Part shown: one piece after another, positions 49,569-58,521 of the stretch
Layout of the letters: each line of letters opens with the position of its first letter
Position numbering within the stretch: position 1 is the first letter of the stretch
Origin: Bacteroidaceae bacterium
GTDB taxonomy: Bacteria > Bacteroidota > Bacteroidia > Bacteroidales > Bacteroidaceae
Direction of reading: 5' to 3'
Assembly (NCBI GenBank): GCA_021443335.1
Contig: JABUUE010000001.1
Span: forward strand, 31,785 to 95,784
DNA length: 64,000 nucleotides
Program-made: the position numbers and the translations under genes
The notes under the pieces: generated by a model
Database searches by the model: none
The model's input: the letters and a program-made list of their open reading frames with translations, nothing else
Told to the model about the DNA's origin: nothing

Positions 49569-50411
49569 ATGACGACCAACTACGAAATACGATATGCGGC
49601 GCACCCAGAGGATGCAAAACACTATGACACGGAAAGAATACGCAGAGATTTTCTTGTCGGAAAAGTGTTTGCTGCCGACGAGGTGAACATGGTTTATTCC
49701 ATGTATGACAGGATGGTTGTGGGTGGAGCTATGCCTGTGAACGAGGAACTCAAATTGGAAGCCATCGACCCTTTGATGGCTGATTTTTTTACCACTCGAC
49801 GTGAGATAGGGCTTTTCAATGTCGGCGGCAAGGGTTTTGTTAAGGTCGGCAGCGAGACTTTTGAGCTTGACTTCAAGGAGGCTCTCTACATAGGGCGTGG
49901 CGATCGCGACGTTGTCTTCGTCTCTGCTGATTCTGAACATCCTGCCAAGTTCTACTTCAACTCCGTTACCGCCCACAAGGAATATCCGTGCAAGAAAATC
50001 ACGAAGACTGACGCTGTTGTTGCCCACATGGGTTCTCGCACCATGTCTAACGAGCGTGACATTAACAAGATGGTGGTTTCGCAGGTTGTAGATACCTGCC
50101 AGATACAGATGGGCATGACGGAGCTTGCTCCTGGCAGTGTCTGGAACACTATGCCAGCGCATGTCCACTCCCGTCGTATGGAGGCGTATTTCTACTTCGA
50201 ACTTCCTGAAGACCAGGCTGTATGCCATTTTATGGGCGAAATCAGTGAGACACGTCATATTTGGATGAGAAACGAGCAAGCTGTTATTTCGCCTGAATGG
50301 TCAATACACGCTGCGGCAGCAACTCATAACTACACTTTCATTTGGGGAATGGGCGGAGAGAACCTTGACTACGGCGACCAAGATTTCTTTGAAATAACCG
50401 ACTTGAGGTGA
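49569..50411 (+). CDS. kduI: 5-dehydro-4-deoxy-D-glucuronate isomerase
   Basis: GSVWNTMPAHVHSRRMEAYFY, SPEWSIH, GENLDYGD. Confidence 0.96.
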   Translation: MTTNYEIRYAAHPEDAKHYDTERIRRDFLVGKVFAADEVNMVYSMYDRMVVGGAMPVNEELKLEAIDPLMADFFTTRREIGLFNVGGKGFVKVGSETFELDFKEALYIGRGDRDVVFVSADSEHPAKFYFNSVTAHKEYPCKKITKTDAVVAHMGSRTMSNERDINKMVVSQVVDTCQIQMGMTELAPGSVWNTMPAHVHSRRMEAYFYFELPEDQAVCHFMGEISETRHIWMRNEQAVISPEWSIHAAAATHNYTFIWGMGGENLDYGDQDFFEITDLR

Positions 50412-50481
50412 CAATCATCCTTCGGCAACTTGAAGTGACAATCATCCCTCGGCAACTTGAAGTGACAATCATCCCTCGGCA
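50401..50481. repeat. 27-bp tandem repeat x3 spanning the kduI stop codon
   Basis: acttga(g/a)gtgacaatcatcc(t/c)tcggca x3. Confidence 0.92.
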
Positions 50482-50574
50482 ATTAACTTACAACTTGCGA
50501 TATTTATAATTAATAACCCTAAATAATCAATCAAAACCTTTCTGAATAATACGGAAAACTTAAATCTTAAAATT

Positions 50575-51375
50575 ATGGCAAATCCATTTTCTCTCGAAGG
50601 TAAGAACGCCTGGATTACTGGCGCGTCTTATGGCATCGGTTTCAACATTGCGAAGGCATTTGTAGCTGCTGGTATAAAGAATATCATCTTCAATGATATC
50701 AATGAGGCTGCTCTTGAACGCGGTCTCGCTAACTACAAAGAGGCAGGAATCGAAAATGTTCACGGCTATGTTTGCGACGTGACAAACGAAAACCAGGTGG
50801 CAGAACTTGTAAACAAGATTCACGCTGAGGTTGGTCAGATTGATATTCTTGTGAACAATGCCGGCATCATCAAGCGTATTCCAATGCACGAGATGAAGCG
50901 CTCAGAGTTCCAGCAAGTTATTGACATTGACCTTGTTGGCCCGTTCATCTGCTCTTCTGCTGTTATTCCAGAAATGATGGAGCGCCGCGAGGGCAAGATT
51001 ATCAACATCTGCTCAATGATGTCTGAACTTGGTCGCGAGACTGTTTCGGCTTACGCTGCTGCCAAGGGAGGTTTGAAGATGCTCACTCGCAACATCTGCT
51101 CTGAGTATGGCGAGTACAACATCCAGTGTAACGGTATCGGTCCTGGCTACATCGCTACTCCACAGACAGCTCCTCTCCGCGAGAGACAGGCTGACGGCTC
51201 ACGCCATCCTTTCGATTCATTCATCTGCGCGAAAACTCCTGCCGGACGTTGGCTCGATCCAGAGGAACTTGGTGGTCCAGCAGTATTCCTCGCTTCAAAG
51301 GCTTCTGACGCGGTTAACGGTCATGTGCTTTATGTTGACGGTGGTATTCTTGCTTATATCGGCAAGCAGCCTTAA
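50575..51375 (+). CDS. kduD: Gluconate 5-dehydrogenase / KduD-type SDR
   Basis: TGASYGIG, NNAGII, YAAAK, VDGG; directly after kduI. Confidence 0.85.
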   Translation: MANPFSLEGKNAWITGASYGIGFNIAKAFVAAGIKNIIFNDINEAALERGLANYKEAGIENVHGYVCDVTNENQVAELVNKIHAEVGQIDILVNNAGIIKRIPMHEMKRSEFQQVIDIDLVGPFICSSAVIPEMMERREGKIINICSMMSELGRETVSAYAAAKGGLKMLTRNICSEYGEYNIQCNGIGPGYIATPQTAPLRERQADGSRHPFDSFICAKTPAGRWLDPEELGGPAVFLASKASDAVNGHVLYVDGGILAYIGKQP

Positions 51376-51402
51376 GCCCCAAAAGACATTTAGTAAAATC
51401 TT

Positions 51403-51909
51403 TTGGTTTTGAACAGCCTGCAACACATACTTCGTATCCCGCGCTCGCGTGGCTTTGGTGTGCAATCGCCTACCGACTACCATTTCCTTCGCCATGTGAT
51501 AAGACAGAAAATGCCGTATTATGCGTACGAAGCGTTGGAGAGCCTTACAACACACTTGAGCAAGCGGGAGATAGACATCCTGCGATTCTATCTCCGACTT
51601 GCCAATTATGTTCAAGACCGCTATCCTATCTACATCATTGGCAAAGACTTGTTCGGCAATATCGATAATGATTTGCGTATAAAGTTTATGACGGCTGGAA
51701 GTAAGAAAGTCTGCGTTAGGCATGCCAGCAGAATTCCAAAATCGCTGAACAATAACTCTATCAGTGTACTTGTAATAGAAAGTCTGGCGTATAACAAAGA
51801 GGCTGTCAAGGACACGAAACTTGCTAAGGTCGTTTTCGACATGCAAGATATTGCTGTCGTCTTCTGCGACCCTAATAGACAAAAGGCTATTTACAAAGTT
51901 AATCTATAA
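51403..51909 (+). CDS. Conserved hypothetical protein (degenerate methyltransferase-like; start uncertain)
   Basis: RSRGFGVQSP N-terminal motif seen in Bacteroidales proteins; fills the gap between kduD and pduO. Confidence 0.55.
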   Translation: MVLNSLQHILRIPRSRGFGVQSPTDYHFLRHVIRQKMPYYAYEALESLTTHLSKREIDILRFYLRLANYVQDRYPIYIIGKDLFGNIDNDLRIKFMTAGSKKVCVRHASRIPKSLNNNSISVLVIESLAYNKEAVKDTKLAKVVFDMQDIAVVFCDPNRQKAIYKVNL

Positions 51910-52005
51910 GTATGTGAATCCGTCCACAGACTTAAACCCAAAAAGTTCATAGAAAACAATTTGGGTTAAACCTTAGTAGTTTATTATCTTTAAAACAACA
52001 ATAAA

Positions 52006-52560
52006 ATGGCAAAGATTTATACCAGACACGGTGATGATGGCATGACCACTCTCATCGGCGGCGTTAAGGTGAAGAAAACTCACCCACGCATTGAAGCTTA
52101 TGGAACAGTTGACGAGTTGTCTGCACAACTTGGCAAATTGGCTGCGTACATGAAAGACGGAGATAATAAGAGTCTTATCATCCGTACACAAAGAAACCTC
52201 TTCACCCTCTGTTCATATCTTGCCACAGACAAGTCTCAGACACAGATGGCAAAGTCATTCACTCTTGACGAGGAGGAAATCCGCGTTCTTGAGGAGCAGA
52301 TTGATTACCTCAACATCTGCATTCCTCCGCAGACAGCATTCATTCTCCCCGGCGGAATACCAGAGGCGGCACAGGCTCATGTTTGCCGAACAGTATGTCG
52401 TAGAGCGGAAAGACGAATATTCTCTCTGCACGAGATTTCACCGCTCGACCCATGGGTGATGCAATATATGAACCGACTCAGCGACTATCTGTTCATGCTT
52501 GCGCGCAAACTCAACTTCCATGAGGGTGTTCGCGAGGAAACTTGGAATCCAAAGAAGTAA
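52006..52560 (+). CDS. Cob(I)alamin adenosyltransferase, PduO type
   Basis: KIYTRHGDDG, AYGTVDEL, RTVCRRAER, NRLSDYLF. Confidence 0.94.
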   Translation: MAKIYTRHGDDGMTTLIGGVKVKKTHPRIEAYGTVDELSAQLGKLAAYMKDGDNKSLIIRTQRNLFTLCSYLATDKSQTQMAKSFTLDEEEIRVLEEQIDYLNICIPPQTAFILPGGIPEAAQAHVCRTVCRRAERRIFSLHEISPLDPWVMQYMNRLSDYLFMLARKLNFHEGVREETWNPKK

Positions 52561-52572
52561 AATAACAAAAAT

Positions 52573-52605
52573 AAAGCTCGTGGGAACAAATTTGTAGAAC
52601 CCACC
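52573..52605. mobile_element. Solo right end of the 194-bp MITE family
   Basis: aagctcgtgggaacaaatttgtagaacccacc versus MITE end aaacttgtgggaactaatttatagaacccacc. Confidence 0.65.
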
Positions 52606-52632
52606 AAAAATTAAACTAAACAATTTTCTAAA

Positions 52633-52857
52633 ATGTACTGGACACTTGAACTGGCATCTCGTCTTGAAGATGCGCCATGGCCTGCAACCAAGGAAGAGTT
52701 GATAGATTATGCTACTCGTTCAGGCTCACCACTTGAAGTTATTGAGAACCTCAATGAGATAGAGGACGAAGAAGACACTATCTACGATTCTATTGAAGAC
52801 ATCTGGCCTGATTATCCTTCAAAAGAGGATTTTCTCTTCAATGAAGACGAGTATTAA
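52633..52857 (+). CDS. DUF2795 family protein
   Basis: MYWTLELASRLEDAPWPATKEELIDYA. Confidence 0.92.
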   Translation: MYWTLELASRLEDAPWPATKEELIDYATRSGSPLEVIENLNEIEDEEDTIYDSIEDIWPDYPSKEDFLFNEDEY

Positions 52858-52867
52858 TCTGAAACAT

Positions 52868-52913
52868 AAAACACATCCGGAAGAACAGACTCTTCTGGAT
52901 GTGTTTTGTTTTT
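52868..52913. terminator. Intrinsic terminator, probably bidirectional
   Basis: aaaacacatccggaaga-loop-tcttctggatgtgtttt between convergent genes. Confidence 0.8.
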
Positions 52914-53031
52914 ATCTGTTCTAGAGCAAATACTTGTTTGTTGTAGTGTTTGTTTATCAGTTATAGAGCAAGTGTTTGTTTATCTTTTGTAGCAAGCGAC
53001 TACAGTGTTTTCATTATCTATTTGCGCTTTC

Positions 53032-54252
53032 TTAAGTGTTTCTGCTGTTGCACATCACTCCGTAAAGCGCGATAAAGGCAAAGGCAACAAGAGGGAGAAT
53101 AAAGCCTTTTGCCATGTCTGTCTGTCCGAGCCAGCCCATAAGAAGTGGGAAGATAGCGCCGCCAACAATGCACATGACCAAGAGGGAAGACGCCTTTTTT
53201 GTCTGCGCTCCCATTCCTTTTATGCCAAGCGCAAATATAGTCGGGAACATTGGCGCCATGAAGAAATAACTCAAGAAAAGTCCTGCAAACGACGCTGTTC
53301 CCAAGCGTAATACCACAACTGCCATACAGACTGCGCCCAAAAGTCCGAACGAGGCAAGCAATTTGGTGGGGCGAATCCATTTCATTATATAACTTGAAAG
53401 CAGTCTGCCAATGAAGAACATTCCCATACATCCGACAGAAAGCAGCAGACCTGCCGTTTTCGCGCTCATTTCTGGCACTGCCTCAAGTGCGAAATTTATA
53501 AAGAAGCAACCTACACCGGTCTGTGCGCCAACATAGAGGAACTGTGCTATCAGCGCGCAGACAAACAGGCGGTTGCACAGTAGATTGCCGTTTGTTTCCG
53601 CAATGTCAAAGGCGTTTTCTTCCTGGTCTTTCTCCATTTCTTGCTCAGGGAGTTTCACGAAGGCAAGCGCAATCGTAACAACTATCACGATGCCCGCCAC
53701 CACGATATAAGGCATGGCTATGTCGAAATCACCGCCAGAACCGTCAAGGATAAGCACTGTGCCGAGTAGCGGACCGACAATCCACCCCACTCCATTGAAG
53801 GCTGCAGCAATGTTTATGCGGCGTTCTGAGTGTTCCTCCGGTCCCATTCCTGTCGCACATGGATGTGCTCCGTTCTCAATAACACACAGTCCGCAAGCGA
53901 GGATGAACAAAGCGGCAAAAAAAGGATAGGGAGAGTGAACAAAAGATGCCGGTACAAACAACAATGCTCCAAACGCAAACAATATCAAGCCGCTTATCAG
54001 TCCACGCTTGTAGCCAAGTTTCCGCATTATCGCTCCTGCAGGAAGCGACATCAGGAAATAGCCCATATATACGGAGAACTGCACGAATCCAGACTGCGCT
54101 TTCGTCATCGAGAAGTTCTCTTGGAAATGTTTGTTGAGAACGTCAAGCATGCCGTGAGCCAATCCCCACAGCAGGTAAAGCAGTGCTATTATAAGGAAGG
54201 GGTAAAGATAGTTTACCCCTCGTGAGTTCTTGAATATAGAATTGCTCTTCAT
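53032..54252 (-). CDS. FucP-like MFS sugar:H+ symporter
   Basis: LWGLAHGMLDVL, AQFLYVGAQ, MFPTIFALG, IVGGAIFP; start placed at MKSNSI, 4 nt after the upstream stop. Confidence 0.88.
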   Translation of the reverse strand: MKSNSIFKNSRGVNYLYPFLIIALLYLLWGLAHGMLDVLNKHFQENFSMTKAQSGFVQFSVYMGYFLMSLPAGAIMRKLGYKRGLISGLILFAFGALLFVPASFVHSPYPFFAALFILACGLCVIENGAHPCATGMGPEEHSERRINIAAAFNGVGWIVGPLLGTVLILDGSGGDFDIAMPYIVVAGIVIVVTIALAFVKLPEQEMEKDQEENAFDIAETNGNLLCNRLFVCALIAQFLYVGAQTGVGCFFINFALEAVPEMSAKTAGLLLSVGCMGMFFIGRLLSSYIMKWIRPTKLLASFGLLGAVCMAVVVLRLGTASFAGLFLSYFFMAPMFPTIFALGIKGMGAQTKKASSLLVMCIVGGAIFPLLMGWLGQTDMAKGFILPLVAFAFIALYGVMCNSRNT

Positions 54253-54256
54253 CTGG

Positions 54257-55648
54257 TTACAAAGGTTTTTTGTCTTTCCACTCGAAATGGAACACCTCGT
54301 CCATGTCAGCCCACCACTCACCTTCTTTGCGTGTCTCCAATGGTTTTTGCAGAGGCATCACCACGCTCCACCATTTTTGTGTCACAGGGTCGGCAGCCAT
54401 CTTTGCCATGTCAGCCTCGTAGTCGGTGCCTTCATATTCATAATAAGAGAAGAGATAGTTGTCTTTAAAGAAGATGCTGTAATTGTTTATATGACATTCC
54501 TTTATCATGTTAAGCACCTTCGGCCATACACTCTGATGGTATTGCTTGTATTCTGCGGCTGTCTCTGGGTCAAGGGCGATGACTTGTCCGTAGCGTTTCT
54601 TCTCAACGTGTTTCTCGTCTTCGTGAGCGGCTTCAAACATCGCCTCAATATTTTCCGGCTTTATGTCAGGCAGAATAGCCTCGTGACTTGGAGAAAGTAT
54701 AAGTCCTGTAGGAAACTCCTTGCGGGCATGTCTCACTGCTTCCTTAACTTCCTCTTTCGTGCCGTTCACCAGAAGGTGTTGCGCATCAATGCCACCGAAG
54801 AAACTTCCCGATATGAAGTCCTTGGAAAGCTTCTCAACCCCCATATCTTTTGCCTTCGCCTGGATAGGATGGATAATGTCAACACCAAGATTAAACAGGT
54901 CGTTTATTACCGGATATATCGAGCCGCATGAGTGATGAACAACTTTCAGTCCGTATGACTTTGCCTGGTCAACAAGTCGTTTTGTGCCAGGGAAAACAAA
55001 TTTCTGCAAATCCTCACGCGAAATCATCAGACATCGCTGACTGCCAAAGTCGTTGCCTATGAGCACCGCATCGAGATAACCCTTTGTAGCCTCGTAGAAA
55101 ATCTTTCCGCATTCAAGGTAGAAGTCAGTTATTCTGTCGATTACAGCCTTGAACATATCAGGATGGGCAACCATTGTCATAAGCGCGTTTTCCATGCCGA
55201 AAGCGGAACACGCATCCTGAAAATGACAAGCCCACATTATTCCCATGCGAATCTTATCGGCAGGAGCATCCATTGCCATTTGTCTTGCTACAGCGGCGTT
55301 GATGTGGTCTTTCGGATTTGGCCAAGGGAAGGTATCTACAAGCGCCGGGTCTGTCATGTCCTCGAAAAAGCCCGGAGCAGTGAGAGTTCGCTCGTCTTGT
55401 GCGCCACCAACACCACCTTTTGCGAAAGCCAGTGAGCATCCGATGTCGTTAGTCGGAGGGTTGTTGTAAGGCACACAGATAGGATGAATGTCGTCATCAA
55501 TCTTTTCCTTCAGTTCATCGACTGTGCTGACATTAAAGTATTTGAAGAGATTGGGCAGAGCATTTGGAACGGGAAGTCCTAACCAGCACGCAGGTCTGTC
55601 AACAGGCTGCCGTGCTATCGTGGCAAAAAAGCGTTCTCTATGGTTCAT
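54257..55648 (-). CDS. URO-D/MtaA-like methyltransferase-family domain fused to an L-rhamnose/fucose mutarotase (DUF718) domain
   Basis: RERF...PVDRP, NDFGSQ, HHSCG, GGIDAQ; last about 115 aa EYKQYHQSVWP...NYSIF...QKWW...EVFH. Confidence 0.8.
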   Translation of the reverse strand: MNHRERFFATIARQPVDRPACWLGLPVPNALPNLFKYFNVSTVDELKEKIDDDIHPICVPYNNPPTNDIGCSLAFAKGGVGGAQDERTLTAPGFFEDMTDPALVDTFPWPNPKDHINAAVARQMAMDAPADKIRMGIMWACHFQDACSAFGMENALMTMVAHPDMFKAVIDRITDFYLECGKIFYEATKGYLDAVLIGNDFGSQRCLMISREDLQKFVFPGTKRLVDQAKSYGLKVVHHSCGSIYPVINDLFNLGVDIIHPIQAKAKDMGVEKLSKDFISGSFFGGIDAQHLLVNGTKEEVKEAVRHARKEFPTGLILSPSHEAILPDIKPENIEAMFEAAHEDEKHVEKKRYGQVIALDPETAAEYKQYHQSVWPKVLNMIKECHINNYSIFFKDNYLFSYYEYEGTDYEADMAKMAADPVTQKWWSVVMPLQKPLETRKEGEWWADMDEVFHFEWKDKKPL

Positions 55649-55682
55649 GGTCAGATTAGGTTAAGGTTAGATGTGGAGCATG

Positions 55683-56003
55683 TTATGCAATTACGACGGC
55701 TGTGCCGGAGGCTGTCACCATGAGCATGCTGCCATTAGCGCCTACAGTCTCATAGTCAAGGTCCACGCCGATTACGGCATTTGCTCCCATCTTTGCAGCA
55801 CGCTCTTCCATTTCCGAGAGTGCCGAATCTTTTGCCTCACGAAGCACTTTCTCATAGCTTCCACTGCGGCCGCCCACGATGTCACGGATGCCGGCGAAGA
55901 AGTCTTTTATGAAGTTGGCGCCGATGATTGTCTCGCCTGTGACAATGCCGATGTATCTTGTCACTTGTTTGCCTTCAATGGAAGGAGTTGTTGTAACTAA
56001 CAT
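55683..56003 (-). CDS. YbjQ/UPF0145 family protein
   Basis: [28 protein letters not shown]. Confidence 0.93.
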   Translation of the reverse strand: MLVTTTPSIEGKQVTRYIGIVTGETIIGANFIKDFFAGIRDIVGGRSGSYEKVLREAKDSALSEMEERAAKMGANAVIGVDLDYETVGANGSMLMVTASGTAVVIA

Positions 56004-56023
56004 ACTGTGTGTGTTTTGGGTTT

Positions 56024-56659
56024 TTACAGGTTGTCTAATGCGTAACCTATTGTTACGCTGATATATGAGTTCTTGTGATTGCCAATGCCTTCTATGTCTG
56101 GATAAATGTTTGTGATTCCAAGGTTGTAGCGAGCGTCAATCACAAAGTTGCTAATTTGGTATGAGAGACCCATCGGGACAGACAGTTCGAAAACCTTTGC
56201 CTTGGAATTATCGTACACATCCTGTGGCTTTTCTTCCGTAGCAAAACCGTCAAGTCTCACTTTTTGGTTTACCAAGAAACCCGGTTGTATTCCTGCCTTT
56301 ATGGCAAGTCCTGGAAGGATATAGTAGTTTAACATTACGGGAACCTTCACGTAGTCGAGATTCAAGGTTACGTTGTAGGTGTATGGAAGACCTATTCCTC
56401 TGTCTTTGAACTGTGTTCCTTGTCGTGAATAAAATGCTCCGGCTGAAACTGCGAAATTGTCAGTCATGGCATATTCACCCTCAACACCAGCCACCAGTCC
56501 CAAACGCCATTTTGCATCTGACGAACCTGTAACATTCGAGATGTTCAAGCCGGCTCTCAGTCTGAGACCGAAATTGTCTTCTAAGTTTATTTGTGCGCTT
56601 GAGGTCATCACAGCACAAATCAGTGCAATCAGTGAAAGTATAATTTTTTTCATAGTCAT
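56024..56659 (-). CDS. Outer membrane beta-barrel (porin/PorT-like) protein
   Basis: Signal peptide, [26 protein letters not shown]. Confidence 0.85.
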   Translation of the reverse strand: MTMKKIILSLIALICAVMTSSAQINLEDNFGLRLRAGLNISNVTGSSDAKWRLGLVAGVEGEYAMTDNFAVSAGAFYSRQGTQFKDRGIGLPYTYNVTLNLDYVKVPVMLNYYILPGLAIKAGIQPGFLVNQKVRLDGFATEEKPQDVYDNSKAKVFELSVPMGLSYQISNFVIDARYNLGITNIYPDIEGIGNHKNSYISVTIGYALDNL

Positions 56660-56681
56660 ATTTTTTACGAGTTTTAAGTCA

Positions 56682-57056
56682 TTATTTTACGGCAATCACT
56701 TCAATCTCCACAAGCGCAGCCTTTGGGAGCTTCTCTACAGCCACGGCTGAACGTGCAGGATAAGGCTGCTGGAAGAATTCAGCGTAAACCTCGTTCATTG
56801 CAGCGAAATCGCCCATGCTGTTCAGGAAGACTGTTGTCTTCACAGCATTGCTGAGGTTTGTTCCTGCCGCTTCAAGTATTGCCTTTGCGTTAGTGAGCGA
56901 CTGGCGTGTCTGTTCTTTTATTCCTCCAACGGCAAATTCGCCTGTTGCCGGGTCAATAGGAAGTTGTCCGGAGGCATATACGAAACCGTTTGCTTCTATA
57001 GCCTGACTGTAAGGACCAATAGCTGCTGGAGCGTTGTTTGTGCTTATTGCTTTCAT
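56682..57056 (-). CDS. ridA: RidA family reactive-intermediate deaminase
   Basis: [29 protein letters not shown]. Confidence 0.93.
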   Translation of the reverse strand: MKAISTNNAPAAIGPYSQAIEANGFVYASGQLPIDPATGEFAVGGIKEQTRQSLTNAKAILEAAGTNLSNAVKTTVFLNSMGDFAAMNEVYAEFFQQPYPARSAVAVEKLPKAALVEIEVIAVK

Positions 57057-57115
57057 TTTTGTGGGTGTTTAATGGTGGGATTAGGAATTAGCCTTGAAAA
57101 GGTGTTTTACAGGTG

Positions 57116-57123
57116 CAAAGATA
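57116..57123 (-). promoter_or_regulatory. -7 promoter box upstream of ridA
   Basis: TATCTTTG on the minus strand. Confidence 0.65.
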
Positions 57124-57257
57124 CAAAAATTTTTGGAAATACCTGCATAAATCGCAAAAAAAATTGGGCAATAAATGCACTTTTTAACACAATCTGAAAA
57201 TATATTATCTAATTCCGTCTTTTTAACGATAAATTAAGTTCTTTTCCAATCGCTTGC

Positions 57258-57295
57258 TGTTTCGCCGATACTCGTTTGCTGTTTCGCCGATACTC
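57258..57295 (+). repeat. 22-bp repeat x1.7, same family as 43170
   Basis: tgtttcgccgatactcgtttgc-tgtttcgccgatactc. Confidence 0.85.
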
Positions 57296-57372
57296 TTCGG
57301 TTGTATTAGGCTAAACAATTAAGAATATGACGCGTTTGTTGCTAAGGCTCCATGCTTTTACCTTGTTGTCAG

Positions 57373-58521
57373 TTACAGTATCCTAAGTTCAAGCTGGCAT
57401 TTTCCATTGCCTTCTATTGAGAATTTTTGCGTAGAGCTGATGCCTTTTACTATCGTTTGTGGCAAGTTTTCCTTGTCGTTGTCTCCCTCAAGTGGGTTGT
57501 GCGGTTCTCCATCCCATTGTGCGTTGATTATTGTTTCTCCGCTCTCGCTGGATATTCCGATTGCCAAATCCACTTTCTCGGTTATAGCCAAAAGTATGTT
57601 TAATATCAGCTCCTCCAACACTAAATGTATTATGTTGCGCTTGTCGTAGTTTATCAGCTGGTGCATGGCGAAATCTTCCAATTCGGCATAGAAACGGTGA
57701 TAGTCGAACACACCCTTGTTTATCTCCATGCAGAGCAGGTTGATTCTGCTTACAAATGCCTTTGTGCGCTGGCGTTTCGGGTTGTCGAAAATTTCCTGTG
57801 GGGTGCCATCCTCATAGATTACACCCTCATCCATGTATAAAATGCGCGTGGAAACTTCCTTTGCAAATCGCATTTCGTGGGTGACAATCACCATCGTGAT
57901 TCCAGTTTTCGCCAAGTTTCGGATTACGGAGAGCACCTCTCCTATCATCGTGGGGTCAAGCGCGCTCGTAGGTTCATCGAAAAGCACTATCTCCGGATTC
58001 ATGGCGAGCGTCCGGGCAATGGCAACACGCTGCTGCTGACCGCCGGAAAGTTCCTCTGGCAGAGCGTTGGCCTTGTCTGTAAGACCTACCGTTTCTAACA
58101 GTTTAATTGCATTCTCGTATGCCTCGTTCTTTGACTGATTCAAAAGAGAACGTGGTGCGAGCATGATGTTTTCCAAGACAGTAAGGTGCGGAAACAGGTT
58201 AAATTGCTGGAACACCATACCCATCTTCATGCGAAGTTTCTGTATGTTGGCTTTAGGGGCAAGAATGTTTTCCCCATCGACTATGATTTCGCCACCGTCA
58301 GGTTTCTCCAAGAGATTAAGGCAGCGCAGGAGGGTGCTCTTGCCGGTGCCTGACGGTCCGATAATAGAGATTACCTCCCCTTTGTTTATGTCAACGGTCA
58401 CATCGCGCAAAACTTGCAGAGCGCCGAATTTCTTTTGCAAATGCCTTACAGTTATCATATTGTTCAATTTACCTTTGGAGGATTCCATTCTGCCTTTCAG
58501 TGTGTAATCATACTTTGGCAT
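57373..58521 (-). CDS. Polar amino acid ABC ATPase (GlnQ-like) with an extra C-terminal domain
   Basis: [26 protein letters not shown], about 120 extra residues. Alternative start at 58458. Confidence 0.9.
   Translation of the reverse strand: MPKYDYTLKGRMESSKGKLNNMITVRHLQKKFGALQVLRDVTVDINKGEVISIIGPSGTGKSTLLRCLNLLEKPDGGEIIVDGENILAPKANIQKLRMKMGMVFQQFNLFPHLTVLENIMLAPRSLLNQSKNEAYENAIKLLETVGLTDKANALPEELSGGQQQRVAIARTLAMNPEIVLFDEPTSALDPTMIGEVLSVIRNLAKTGITMVIVTHEMRFAKEVSTRILYMDEGVIYEDGTPQEIFDNPKRQRTKAFVSRINLLCMEINKGVFDYHRFYAELEDFAMHQLINYDKRNIIHLVLEELILNILLAITEKVDLAIGISSESGETIINAQWDGEPHNPLEGDNDKENLPQTIVKGISSTQKFSIEGNGKCQLELRIL

Noticed and set aside
49488-50279. 263-aa minus-strand ORF
   Set aside because: Lies antisense to the well-supported kduI and has no recognisable motifs.
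51910-52005. Possible cobalamin riboswitch upstream of pduO
   Set aside because: Region is too short and AT-rich, with no B12-box; only a weak aacccaaa/tttgggtt inverted repeat.
52006-52560. PduO adenosyltransferase as part of the URO-D/mutarotase module
   Set aside because: Opposite strand and beyond a terminator; methyltransferases do not use adenosylcobalamin, so proximity is probably coincidental.
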